From assembly GCF_000211815.1 (NCBI RefSeq), contig NZ_GL890973.1, forward strand, positions 39,777 through 103,776: a stretch of 64,000 nt of DNA, read 5' to 3'. Each line of letters opens with the position of its first letter. Position 1 is the stretch's first letter. Position numbers and translations under genes: made by a program. Positions 22,214 through 30,680 of the stretch are shown here, piece by piece. Source of the DNA: Moorena producens 3L (GTDB lineage Bacteria > Cyanobacteriota > Cyanobacteriia > Cyanobacteriales > Coleofasciculaceae). The notes under the pieces are model-generated. The model had not been told where the DNA came from and did no database searches. It saw only the letters and a program-made list of their open reading frames with translations.

Positions 22214-22498
22214 TTATGCTTCTGATTCTGATTGTGGGGTATCACTTTGTTCTGATTGTGGGGTATCACTTTGTGAGGTATCTGTTGATTCTTTCTGTTT
22301 AGCGAGTTGGCGTTCTCGTTCTACTGTCATTAGCTGAGCGATTCGGTGCTTAAGATGCTTAAACTGGTGAGGTTTTTCTAAGCGTTTGGTTGCCTTTTGC
22401 AGGCGCAAGTCAAACAACTGACGCTTAGCTGCTAAGATTTCCTGCTCTAGTTCGGCATCGCTCAGGCTTCTAGCATCTTCTATCTTGGGCAGAGCCAT
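22214..22498 (-). CDS. rpmC: 50S ribosomal protein L29 with an unusual acidic/Ser-rich C-terminal extension generated by an in-frame 24-bp tandem duplication
   Basis: The L29 core ([45 protein letters not shown]) is followed by ...[24 protein letters not shown]. The unit tctgattgtggggtatcactttgt is duplicated exactly at 22227-22250 and 22251-22274. Confidence 0.9.
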   Translation of the reverse strand: MALPKIEDARSLSDAELEQEILAAKRQLFDLRLQKATKRLEKPHQFKHLKHRIAQLMTVERERQLAKQKESTDTSQSDTPQSEQSDTPQSESEA

Positions 22499-22501
22499 AG
22501 C

Positions 22502-22921
22502 TTATACCTGTTCCCCTTCACGAGAAATGAACTTCAATTTAATGGGAAATTTGTTCGCAGCCAGACGCATGGCTTCCCGAGCCACCTCTTCGCTTACCCC
22601 AGCGATTTCATAGATAATCCGACCGGGTTTAACTACTGCTACCCAAAACTCTGGGGAACCTTTTCCAGAACCCATACGAGTTTCTGCTGGACGCATGGTG
22701 ACTGGTTTATCTGGGAAAATTCGAATCCAGATTTTGCCACCACGACGAACGTAGCGCGTCATTGCCCGACGACCTGCTTCGATTTGGCGGGAGGTAATCC
22801 AAGCTGGTTCTGTGGCTTGCAGGGCATAATCACCAAAGTTAATGGTACTGCCACGAGTGGCCATACCCTTCATTCGTCCCCGGTGCTGTTTGCGATATTT
22901 TGTTCTTTTTGGACTTAACAT
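22502..22921 (-). CDS. rplP: 50S ribosomal protein L16 (start trimmed to the internal Met [12 protein letters not shown])
   Basis: Canonical L16 N-terminus begins at the ATG at 22919-22921; the 15 upstream codons of the track ORF are probably not translated. Confidence 0.9.
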   Translation of the reverse strand: MLSPKRTKYRKQHRGRMKGMATRGSTINFGDYALQATEPAWITSRQIEAGRRAMTRYVRRGGKIWIRIFPDKPVTMRPAETRMGSGKGSPEFWVAVVKPGRIIYEIAGVSEEVAREAMRLAANKFPIKLKFISREGEQV

Positions 22922-23006
22922 AATTTGTTCTTTGTTAATTGAAAATCGAAAATTGAAAACTGACAATTAACAAGCAAGCAATTTTCAAAATACTAGTGAG
23001 TCATTA

Positions 23007-23732
23007 CTAGTCATTTGAGCGGTCTTCAAACTGCTGGCGGCGTTTTGGCTGACGGCGACGAGGTTGAGCTGTGTTAGGGGTAGGCTTTTCTTCTTGACCG
23101 GGAATCACTTCCCCTTTGAACACCCAAACTTTAATGCCCAAAATTCCATAAATGGTTTGGGCCGTTTTGTAGGAATAGTCAATATTTGCCCGGAGGGTAT
23201 GGAGGGGCACTCGTCCTTCACGAGTCCACTCGGTTCGGGCAATTTCAGCTCCATTTAACCGACCACCTACCTGAACTTTAATCCCTTGGACATCAGCCCG
23301 CTGAGCCCGCTGAATTGCTTGACGAACCACTCGTCTGAAGGAAACTCGGCGCTCTAGCTGTTGGGCAATGTACTCGGCAATTAGGGTAGCATCTGCATCC
23401 ACCCGTGATACTTCCACGACATTGATACGAATCTGACGATTGTTGCCCAGGGATTTTTGCAGACCGACACGCAAAGACTCAATACCACTGCCACCACGAC
23501 CAACAACTACTCCAGGTCGAGCTGTATGAATTTCTAAATCAATCTGGTCAGCTTTGCGCTCAATCCGGATGTCGGAAATTCCAGCATTATTGAGGTTTTT
23601 GTCAACATATTGTCTGATTTGATAATCTTCCTGCAACAGAAGCGGATAACGCTTTGAGTCGGCAAACCAGCGAGAGCGATGCTCTTGCGTGATACCTAGC
23701 CGAAAACCAATTGGATGTATTTTCTGTCCCAC
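23007..23732 (-). CDS. rpsC: 30S ribosomal protein S3
   Basis: [22 protein letters not shown]... Confidence 0.95.
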   Translation of the reverse strand: MGQKIHPIGFRLGITQEHRSRWFADSKRYPLLLQEDYQIRQYVDKNLNNAGISDIRIERKADQIDLEIHTARPGVVVGRGGSGIESLRVGLQKSLGNNRQIRINVVEVSRVDADATLIAEYIAQQLERRVSFRRVVRQAIQRAQRADVQGIKVQVGGRLNGAEIARTEWTREGRVPLHTLRANIDYSYKTAQTIYGILGIKVWVFKGEVIPGQEEKPTPNTAQPRRRQPKRRQQFEDRSND

Positions 23733-23808
23733 TGTTCTTTTCTTTCCCTATTATCTAGCCATAGCGCTATTAGTGTTCACCCTTGGTAATGCTCAATCAA
23801 CTCACTAA

Positions 23809-24168
23809 CTAATCATCTACTTCTGGAGAAACAGCCACCGTGATATGGCAGGTTGGCTTGCGAATCTGATAAGCACGACCTTGAGCTCTTGGTCGATACC
23901 GCTTCAAGCTTGGTCCCATATCCGCAAAAGCTTTAGTGATGTATAAGCTAGCTGGGTCAATCCCTGCATTGTGTTCAGCATTGGCAACAGCGGAGCGTAG
24001 TACTTTCAAGACTGGTTGACAAGCCCGGTAGGGCATAAATTCCAGAATGATCAGAGCTTCCCGATAGGAACGCCCCCGAATTTGGTCAAGTACTCGCCTC
24101 ACTTTACTTGGAGACATCCGAATGTAGCGTGCGATCGCTTTAGTTTCTGCTGTAGTGTCTATCGCCAT
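23809..24168 (-). CDS. rplV: 50S ribosomal protein L22
   Basis: 119 aa; context. Confidence 0.95.
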   Translation of the reverse strand: MAIDTTAETKAIARYIRMSPSKVRRVLDQIRGRSYREALIILEFMPYRACQPVLKVLRSAVANAEHNAGIDPASLYITKAFADMGPSLKRYRPRAQGRAYQIRKPTCHITVAVSPEVDD

Positions 24169-24218
24169 CGTTCCATCATTTGCTTTCTTTATAGCTACTA
24201 ACTACTGAACTAATCACT

Positions 24219-24494
24219 TTAACGACGGGCCTTACCATCCTTAACATGTCCCCGAAATGTTCGAGTCGGGGCAAATTCGCCCAGCTTATGACCTACCATC
24301 TGCTCATTGATAAAAACTGGTACATGTGTCCGCCCGTTATGAACGGCAATGGTGTGACCAACCATCTGCGGCACAATGGTCGAGGCTCTTGACCAGGTTT
24401 TAATCACCTGTTTTTCACCTTTAGCATTCAAGGTTTCAATCTTAGTCAGAAGACTATCGGCTATAAAAGGACCTTTTTTTAATGAACGACCCAT
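24219..24494 (-). CDS. rpsS: 30S ribosomal protein S19
   Basis: [16 protein letters not shown]... Confidence 0.95.
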   Translation of the reverse strand: MGRSLKKGPFIADSLLTKIETLNAKGEKQVIKTWSRASTIVPQMVGHTIAVHNGRTHVPVFINEQMVGHKLGEFAPTRTFRGHVKDGKARR

Positions 24495-24605
24495 AATTCA
24501 ACGCTCGTTAGTTTTTAGTTGTTAGTTGGTAGTTAATAGTTGCTAGTTGGTAGTGATTAGTTGCTATTTACAACGTTTAACCTGCTAACTTTAACGTTCA
24601 ACTCC

Positions 24606-25469
24606 TTAAGAATCGCGACCACCGCGCCCTCGCTTAGAGGATTTCCGCCTACGCCGGACAATTAAAGAACTACTTTGCTTTTTGGCCTTACGAGTTTTGG
24701 CTCCCAAGGCTGGTTTCCCCCAGGGGGTCACTGGACCGCTTCTACCAATAGGAGCTCTACCCTCACCACCGCCATGGGGGTGATCTACCGGGTTCATTAC
24801 ACTGCCCCTTACTTGGGGACGACGGCCTCTATGTCGATTGCGACCAGCTTTACCTAAACTCAAGTTTCTGGCTTCAACATTACCGACCTGTCCAATAGTG
24901 GCGTAGCATTCTTTACGCAACATCCTGACTTCACTAGACGGCAGCTTTAGGGTGACATAGTCACCTTCTTTAGCTTGCACTTGAGCAGTTGCTCCGGCTG
25001 CACGGACAATCTGTGCTCCTCGCCCTGGGATCAGTTCAACGTTATGCACGTTGGTGCCTAAGGGAATATCCTTTAGGGGCAAGGCATTGCCTATTTCGAT
25101 GGGAGAGTCAGGCCCAGATATAATGGATGACCCCACTTCCAAACCCACAGGATGCAGGATATATCGCTTTTCACCATCTTGATAGTAGAGAAGCGCAATC
25201 CTAGCATTCCGATTGGGGTCATACTCAATTGCTGCCACTTTTGCTGGAATATTGTGCTTATCCCGGCGGAAGTCAATTACCCTGTATAGACGCTTATGTC
25301 CGCCACCGCGATGGCGACAGGTAATGACACCGCGATTATTGCGACCTTTTTTACGATGCTTAGACTTGGTTAGGGATTTTTCTGGCTCAGTCCGAGTAAT
25401 CTCAGCGAAGTCTGAGACAGTACCCTGACGAGTGCCTGGGGTGTATGGTCTATAGCTACGGATGCCCAT
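24606..25469 (-). CDS. rplB: 50S ribosomal protein L2
   Basis: 287 aa, Gly/Arg-rich C-terminus, conserved HPHGGGEG. Confidence 0.95.
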   Translation of the reverse strand: MGIRSYRPYTPGTRQGTVSDFAEITRTEPEKSLTKSKHRKKGRNNRGVITCRHRGGGHKRLYRVIDFRRDKHNIPAKVAAIEYDPNRNARIALLYYQDGEKRYILHPVGLEVGSSIISGPDSPIEIGNALPLKDIPLGTNVHNVELIPGRGAQIVRAAGATAQVQAKEGDYVTLKLPSSEVRMLRKECYATIGQVGNVEARNLSLGKAGRNRHRGRRPQVRGSVMNPVDHPHGGGEGRAPIGRSGPVTPWGKPALGAKTRKAKKQSSSLIVRRRRKSSKRGRGGRDS

Positions 25470-25591
25470 AACAAGTATTTTTTACTTAGTTTGTCTTGAC
25501 TAGTTTGTCTTGACTAGTTTGTCTTAACAATTGACAATCTACCAATTGGCAATTAACCAATTAAAAATTAACAATTAGCAATTAGCCAGTT

Positions 25592-25897
25592 TTATACGTC
25601 TGGGAATAGAGTAATCGAATCTCCTGGAGCTAGGGTGACAATCGCCCGTTTGTACTGGGTTTTGTAACCTACAAATCTTCCCACTCGACGCTTTTTACGT
25701 GGCGGACGTAGGGTATTTACTGCCACCACTTTCACTTCAAAAAGACTTTCAATCGCGGCTCTAATTTGTGGCTTTGTCGCTTTGATAATCACATCAAAGA
25801 CATACTTGTTCTGCTCCATCAGTAGGGTCGCCTTTTCAGTCACAATTGGGCGAATCACCAAATCAGCCAGGTCACGGGGGTTATACTCAGTCATTGT
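25592..25897 (-). CDS. rplW: 50S ribosomal protein L23 (start trimmed to [12 protein letters not shown])
   Basis: Context and family similarity; the upstream 7 codons of the track ORF overlap the rplD 3' end. Confidence 0.9.
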   Translation of the reverse strand, partial: TMTEYNPRDLADLVIRPIVTEKATLLMEQNKYVFDVIIKATKPQIRAAIESLFEVKVVAVNTLRPPRKKRRVGRFVGYKTQYKRAIVTLAPGDSITLFPDV

Positions 25898-26519
25898 AAA
25901 CCTCCTGAATTTTAGCAAGAGCCGTGTTAGTGGTCACGATTTTATCAGCGGCTAGGATATCATAGGTATTCAAGTTGGTGGCATAAATCAACTTGACAGT
26001 TGCTAGGTTACGGACTGACAAATAAACCTTTTCTTCTGGCTGAGCTAGGATTAGGAGAACTTTTGACTCAGGCTCAATTCCCCAACGACCAATTGCTGCC
26101 ACCAAATCCTTGGTCTTGGGTCGTGGTAGTTGCTCAGTAAATTCCTCTACCACAATCAAATCCTCTGCTCGACTCATAAACGCTGTTCTCAGAGCCAAGC
26201 GACGCTCTTTGCGGTTCATTTTCTGGCTATAGTCTCTGGGTTTCGGACCAAAGATTACACCACCACCACGCCATAGGGGTGAACGATTAGAACCAGCACG
26301 AGCACGACCGGTTCCCTTTTGTCGCCAAGGTTTGCGTCCTCCACCTCTAACTTCGGAACGAGTTTTTGTACAAGCATTGCCTTGACGAGCATTGGCCATT
26401 TGTCTCACCAGTGACCGGTGAACAATGTGGGCAGCGTTTTCTTCTTTGGCAACTCGCATCTGGAGTGTTGCCTGCCCTACTTCTTCCCCTTGCCAGTTTC
26501 GCACTGAACAATCTACCAT
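25887..26519 (-). CDS. rplD: 50S ribosomal protein L4 (start trimmed to [13 protein letters not shown])
   Basis: Canonical cyanobacterial L4 N-terminus at the ATG at 26517-26519. Confidence 0.9.
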   Translation of the reverse strand: MVDCSVRNWQGEEVGQATLQMRVAKEENAAHIVHRSLVRQMANARQGNACTKTRSEVRGGGRKPWRQKGTGRARAGSNRSPLWRGGGVIFGPKPRDYSQKMNRKERRLALRTAFMSRAEDLIVVEEFTEQLPRPKTKDLVAAIGRWGIEPESKVLLILAQPEEKVYLSVRNLATVKLIYATNLNTYDILAADKIVTTNTALAKIQEVYND

Positions 26520-26666
26520 TTGTTCTCTCCTTCTTAGCGAGCAAGCGTTTAGCAATTAGCTGTTAGCTTTTAAGCACTTAGGGGGTGCTAGTAGTAAAAA
26601 TAAACAGTTACATATACATCAGGCTTACACCTAACGATGAGGGAGCTAATTGCTTTTTCGTTCTGA

Positions 26667-27323
26667 CTAACGTCCGACTTTATTAGTGGGTGCAATGCTC
26701 AAGAGTGTCCCTGGTTTACCGGGAACTGCACCTTTAATCGCTAGCAAATTGCGCTCTTGATCTATCTTGACTACTTCAAGTTTGCGAATTGTCACCTTGG
26801 TACCGCCGTAACGACCAGCCATTTTCTTACCTGGATAGGTACGACCAGGGGTTGTCCCTGCTCCAGTGGAACCTGGAAGGCGGTGGTTTTTGGAACCATG
26901 AGCCATCGGTCCTCGCCTGAAGTTGTGACGTTTCTGATAACCCGCGAAGCCACGACCAATGCTTTTACCGCTGACATCGACAATTTGACCAATACTGAAC
27001 ATATCGGTATTGACTGGCTGACCCAGTTCAAAATTACTGGTATCATCCACGCGGTACTCACGTAGGTGGCGTAAGGGTGGGGCGCTGGACTTAGCCAAGT
27101 GTCCTATTTCAGGCTTATTAATTGCCTTAGGCTTGACTTGGTCATAACCAATTTGAATGGCATTGTAGCCATCTGTCTGGTTGGTTTTTATTTGGGTCAC
27201 AGTGCATGGCCCAGCTTTGACGACGGTTACAGGAATCGCTCTTCCTTCTTCATCGAACACTTGGGTCATACCGAGTTTGGTACCGAGGATACCGACAGAC
27301 ACGGGTTTCTCCTTTCTAGACAT
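26667..27323 (-). CDS. rplC: 50S ribosomal protein L3 (start trimmed to [21 protein letters not shown])
   Basis: Canonical L3 N-terminus at the ATG at 27321-27323; the track ORF's 38 upstream codons are probably leader sequence. Confidence 0.9.
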   Translation of the reverse strand: MSRKEKPVSVGILGTKLGMTQVFDEEGRAIPVTVVKAGPCTVTQIKTNQTDGYNAIQIGYDQVKPKAINKPEIGHLAKSSAPPLRHLREYRVDDTSNFELGQPVNTDMFSIGQIVDVSGKSIGRGFAGYQKRHNFRRGPMAHGSKNHRLPGSTGAGTTPGRTYPGKKMAGRYGGTKVTIRKLEVVKIDQERNLLAIKGAVPGKPGTLLSIAPTNKVGR

Positions 27324-27443
27324 TGCAGCAGTATGGCAGTAGGGATATTCACGAACCTGAATTCCCTTTGTGCCACAAACCTGTTCACTATTTATAGTGG
27401 ATAAACCTCTCCTCAAAAAAATAAGCAGAGAGCCCACTTTTAT

Positions 27444-27469
27444 CTAGCTCGGCATGACGGTCGAGCTAG
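27444..27469 (-). promoter_or_regulatory. Perfect 8-bp-stem hairpin in the leader upstream of rplC; candidate regulatory/attenuator structure of the r-protein operon
   Basis: CTAGCTCG-gcatgacggt-CGAGCTAG about 120 nt upstream of the rplC start codon. Confidence 0.25.
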
Positions 27470-27943
27470 ATTCTCGTTCAATTGCGTTGACTGGTCAGAA
27501 AAGGCTATTCAACTTGCCTGACTTCGCTGGGACTTAAGTTGTTAATAACTCAGTATCCCTTGATCCACGAAATTGTAAGCAATTATTGACCTAAAGCAGA
27601 CCCAAGAACTGATGGGACTTGTTTATACCTAACTGTCTTTGATCTACTTTAGCCCTGATGCCAAACAAACGCCTGGTATGCTGTCTATATTGTCTTGCCT
27701 CGAACCTACTTCTCAGCCCACAGCACACCCAGATCATCAGTTGCTGAGGAAGCAACTGTCATAATGTCACTATTATATAGTATATAGTATTTTGCTAAGG
27801 GTGTCTAGTTAGTTTGAGAATTAGTTTGAGAAAAATTTGCTTGCTGTATGGATTTATGTGAAATCGGGGGATTCGGAGCTCGAAGGATGCGTTCGCGTAG
27901 CGTAGCCCTTCGGGCTAATCGCATAGTCTTGAAACCAAATTAT

Positions 27944-30145
27944 TCAGTCCTCATCCCATTCCCCAGACAACAACACACAATCCCCCACCTGCAATACTCC
28001 AGCTTCATCCACCGGATTATATAGTTTCCCTTGTCTACGCAACGCCTGAACCATCACATTGTATTGATGCTGGAGATCAATTGGCTTCATACCGACCAAA
28101 CTTGAATTCTCTACCAAAGTTACCCAATGCTTAGATCCCTCACTAAGGAAACTGCGACTTTCGATCCAGTCTCTAAACGCTGCTAATTCTTCCGGTTCCC
28201 CAACAACTAGCAATCGATCCCCTGAACGCAACGTCATCTTACCTTGTGGGTAGTGGACGATATCATTACCTTGTTGAATTGTCAAAACTGTTACCCCAGT
28301 CACGTTACGGATATCTGCTGCTGCCAGAGTTACCCAATCTAGACGGGAAGTTTGACTCAAGGTCACCCACTCACTGTGGAGTTCTTCAGCAACATCAGTG
28401 ATGTCTTGCTGCTTTGAATAGGTAGCTTGTTCAGGTCGTACACTCAAATAGCGGTCTTGGTGAATCCGATTGATCACAGACTGAATCATACCTTGGGATT
28501 CTCCCAGTGCTACTAGCACATGGGCTCCCATTTCCAATGCTGCCTCAAATTCTGGTTGCACTACTTCCCGCGCCCCTAACTGGGTGAGTAGGTCAATTTC
28601 GCTATTTTTGTGAGAACGAGCCACAATATCCAGTCCTGGGGCAAACTTGAGGGCACGTTTGAGCAACAAGCGGGTACTGCCAGGATCGGGTAGGGCAATG
28701 GCTAGGGCTTTAGCTTTTTCTAGATGGGCTTTTTCTAACACCAGTTCCGAGTGAGCATCCCCAAACATATAAGGAATTTTTTCATGTCTTAATCGTTGAA
28801 TAGCAGCTTCGCTATTTTCAATCACTAGTACCTCATGCCCTTGATTGCGCAGGATGTTGACCAGTACTCGCCCCACTCGTCCATAGCCAGCCACTACCAC
28901 ATGATTACAAATCGTTTCTGGAATTGACAAAGCTTTAGTGCCCCGAAACTGACGCAGGTAGTTTTTCAGAAACGGCAGATTTACCAGGTGGTCTGCTATT
29001 CGGGGAGACCATCTCAGCGACATTGGTGTCAGGACTAGGGTAATTGCTGTGGTTCCCACCAGGAGTAGATACTGATCCCTAGTGATAAATCCTAACTCAA
29101 AGCCAACCACCGCTAATACAAAGGAAAATTCTCCAATTTGATTGAGACCAAAACTAGCAATAAAAGCAGTTTTAAAGGAATAGCCAAATTTCAGCACAAT
29201 CGGTAGGATAATGGCTGCTTTTCCACCCATTACTAACATCACTAAACCGATAATTATGCCGAAGTTATCGAGCAGCACTTCTGGCTCAATGAGCATTCCT
29301 ATGGATGCAAAAAATAGACATACAAACGTGTCTTTAAGGGGAATTATTTTGGCAACTGCTTGGTCAGCATAATCAATTTCAGCCATCATTAATCCTGCCA
29401 CAAATGCTCCCATTTCAACGGATAGACCAAGTCCAGCAGTAATCAAAGCAATCCCTAAACACAGGGCAATTACTGTGATCAGAAATAGCTCACTGTTTTC
29501 AGTGCGGGCAATATATTTAATGAGATGGGGAACTATCCAGCGACCCGCTGCTAGAGCAGCAGCTAGAAACACCAACGCTTTGAGTAAAGCAACAACTAAA
29601 GCTGAGCCAATATCTGAGGGCTGCTGAAGGGCGGGGATGACGGCTAACATCAGACCTAAACTAAGGTCTTGAGCAATCAAAATTGCTAGCATCACTTGAC
29701 CATGAAGGGTATTGGTTTCTCCTCTCTCCATCAGGGTTTTAAGAACTACTGAGGTGGAGGAGAGGGATATGATGAATCCGAGCATTATTCCCGGAGTTAA
29801 TCCATCAACCCAACCAAGTCCATTGGCTAAAACTGCAACTAGGGTAATAGTGAGACTAATTTGCAGTAAACTCCCTTTCAGGACAATATCTTTAAATCGT
29901 TTAAGCTGGGATAGAGAAAATTCTACCCCATAGGTGAATAACAAAAAAACAATCCCAATTTCAGCTAGGGATTTGACTTGTTCTAATTCGCCTACGAGTT
30001 TAAGACCAAACGGACCAACCAATAAACCACTGGCTAAATAGCCTAAAAGTACAGGTTGACGTAGCCGATTGGCAAGGTAGCCTCCCAGAGCAGAAGCCCC
30101 TAGAACTGTGGTTAGATCCAGAATTAAATTGTGTCCTGAGGCCAT
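27944..30145 (-). CDS. CPA2-family (KefB/KefC-like) monovalent cation:proton antiporter with TrkA-N (RCK) and C-terminal TrkA-C domains
   Basis: 12-13 TM N-terminal region, Rossmann GYGRVGRVLVNIL motif, 733 aa. Confidence 0.85.
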   Translation of the reverse strand: MASGHNLILDLTTVLGASALGGYLANRLRQPVLLGYLASGLLVGPFGLKLVGELEQVKSLAEIGIVFLLFTYGVEFSLSQLKRFKDIVLKGSLLQISLTITLVAVLANGLGWVDGLTPGIMLGFIISLSSTSVVLKTLMERGETNTLHGQVMLAILIAQDLSLGLMLAVIPALQQPSDIGSALVVALLKALVFLAAALAAGRWIVPHLIKYIARTENSELFLITVIALCLGIALITAGLGLSVEMGAFVAGLMMAEIDYADQAVAKIIPLKDTFVCLFFASIGMLIEPEVLLDNFGIIIGLVMLVMGGKAAIILPIVLKFGYSFKTAFIASFGLNQIGEFSFVLAVVGFELGFITRDQYLLLVGTTAITLVLTPMSLRWSPRIADHLVNLPFLKNYLRQFRGTKALSIPETICNHVVVAGYGRVGRVLVNILRNQGHEVLVIENSEAAIQRLRHEKIPYMFGDAHSELVLEKAHLEKAKALAIALPDPGSTRLLLKRALKFAPGLDIVARSHKNSEIDLLTQLGAREVVQPEFEAALEMGAHVLVALGESQGMIQSVINRIHQDRYLSVRPEQATYSKQQDITDVAEELHSEWVTLSQTSRLDWVTLAAADIRNVTGVTVLTIQQGNDIVHYPQGKMTLRSGDRLLVVGEPEELAAFRDWIESRSFLSEGSKHWVTLVENSSLVGMKPIDLQHQYNVMVQALRRQGKLYNPVDEAGVLQVGDCVLLSGEWDED

Positions 30146-30342
30146 GATTAGGAATGGGTAATCGGTTATTGGTCACAGGCTTCATACCTGGGGGTTTTCC
30201 CTTGTGCCCTGATTTTTGGGTAACCTACTTCACCTGAACTAAGCAACTTGGGCATCAAGGAGTTGGTAAGGAAGGCTCAAAGTACTCTACCCACCTGATA
30301 ATTTTTTCAGTTATCTTATGACGGTAGAGATTTCCAAGAACT

Positions 30343-30564
30343 ATGGCTTTAGAACAGTGTAACGTTTGTGGGTCTTTAACCAGCACCAACGATGAAATTT
30401 GCCTCAGTTGTGGTTATCCAGCTAAAGGTCGGCCAAAGTTAGTTTTTTTCAAGTGGACTGCTATCGGTGTTGCTGTAGTATTTGCTCTGTTTCTCGTACT
30501 AGGGGTAATTAACAAAGTTGAGCAACACCTCAACTCTCAACCTTCGACACAGATAGACCGGTAA
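30343..30564 (+). CDS. Small zinc-ribbon protein with a C-terminal TM helix
   Basis: CNVCGS...CLSCGY cysteine pairs followed by the hydrophobic stretch AIGVAVVFALFLVLGVI. Confidence 0.45.
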   Translation: MALEQCNVCGSLTSTNDEICLSCGYPAKGRPKLVFFKWTAIGVAVVFALFLVLGVINKVEQHLNSQPSTQIDR

Positions 30565-30624
30565 GATAGACCGATAAGATAGGGTTGGGTTATCAGTCTA
30601 TCTGTGTATAAGGGAAGCCGTGCC

Positions 30625-30675
30625 AGCGCGCAGCAGACACAGGGCGCAGCAGACACAGCGCGCAGCAGATACACA
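30625..30675. repeat. 15-mer tandem repeat (GCGCAGCAGACACAG)x3 downstream of the MVP gene
   Basis: Direct reading of the sequence. Confidence 0.8.
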
Positions 30676-30680
30676 TGTAC

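Noticed and set aside
16318-27404. Numerous 60-100-aa ORFs antisense to or overlapping secY and the ribosomal protein genes (e.g. 16318-16584, 17005-17202, 18260-18460, 19456-19743, 21411-21713, 23064-23258, 26757-27065)
   Set aside because: They lie entirely within highly conserved housekeeping CDSs on the opposite strand or in alternative frames, with no supporting features.
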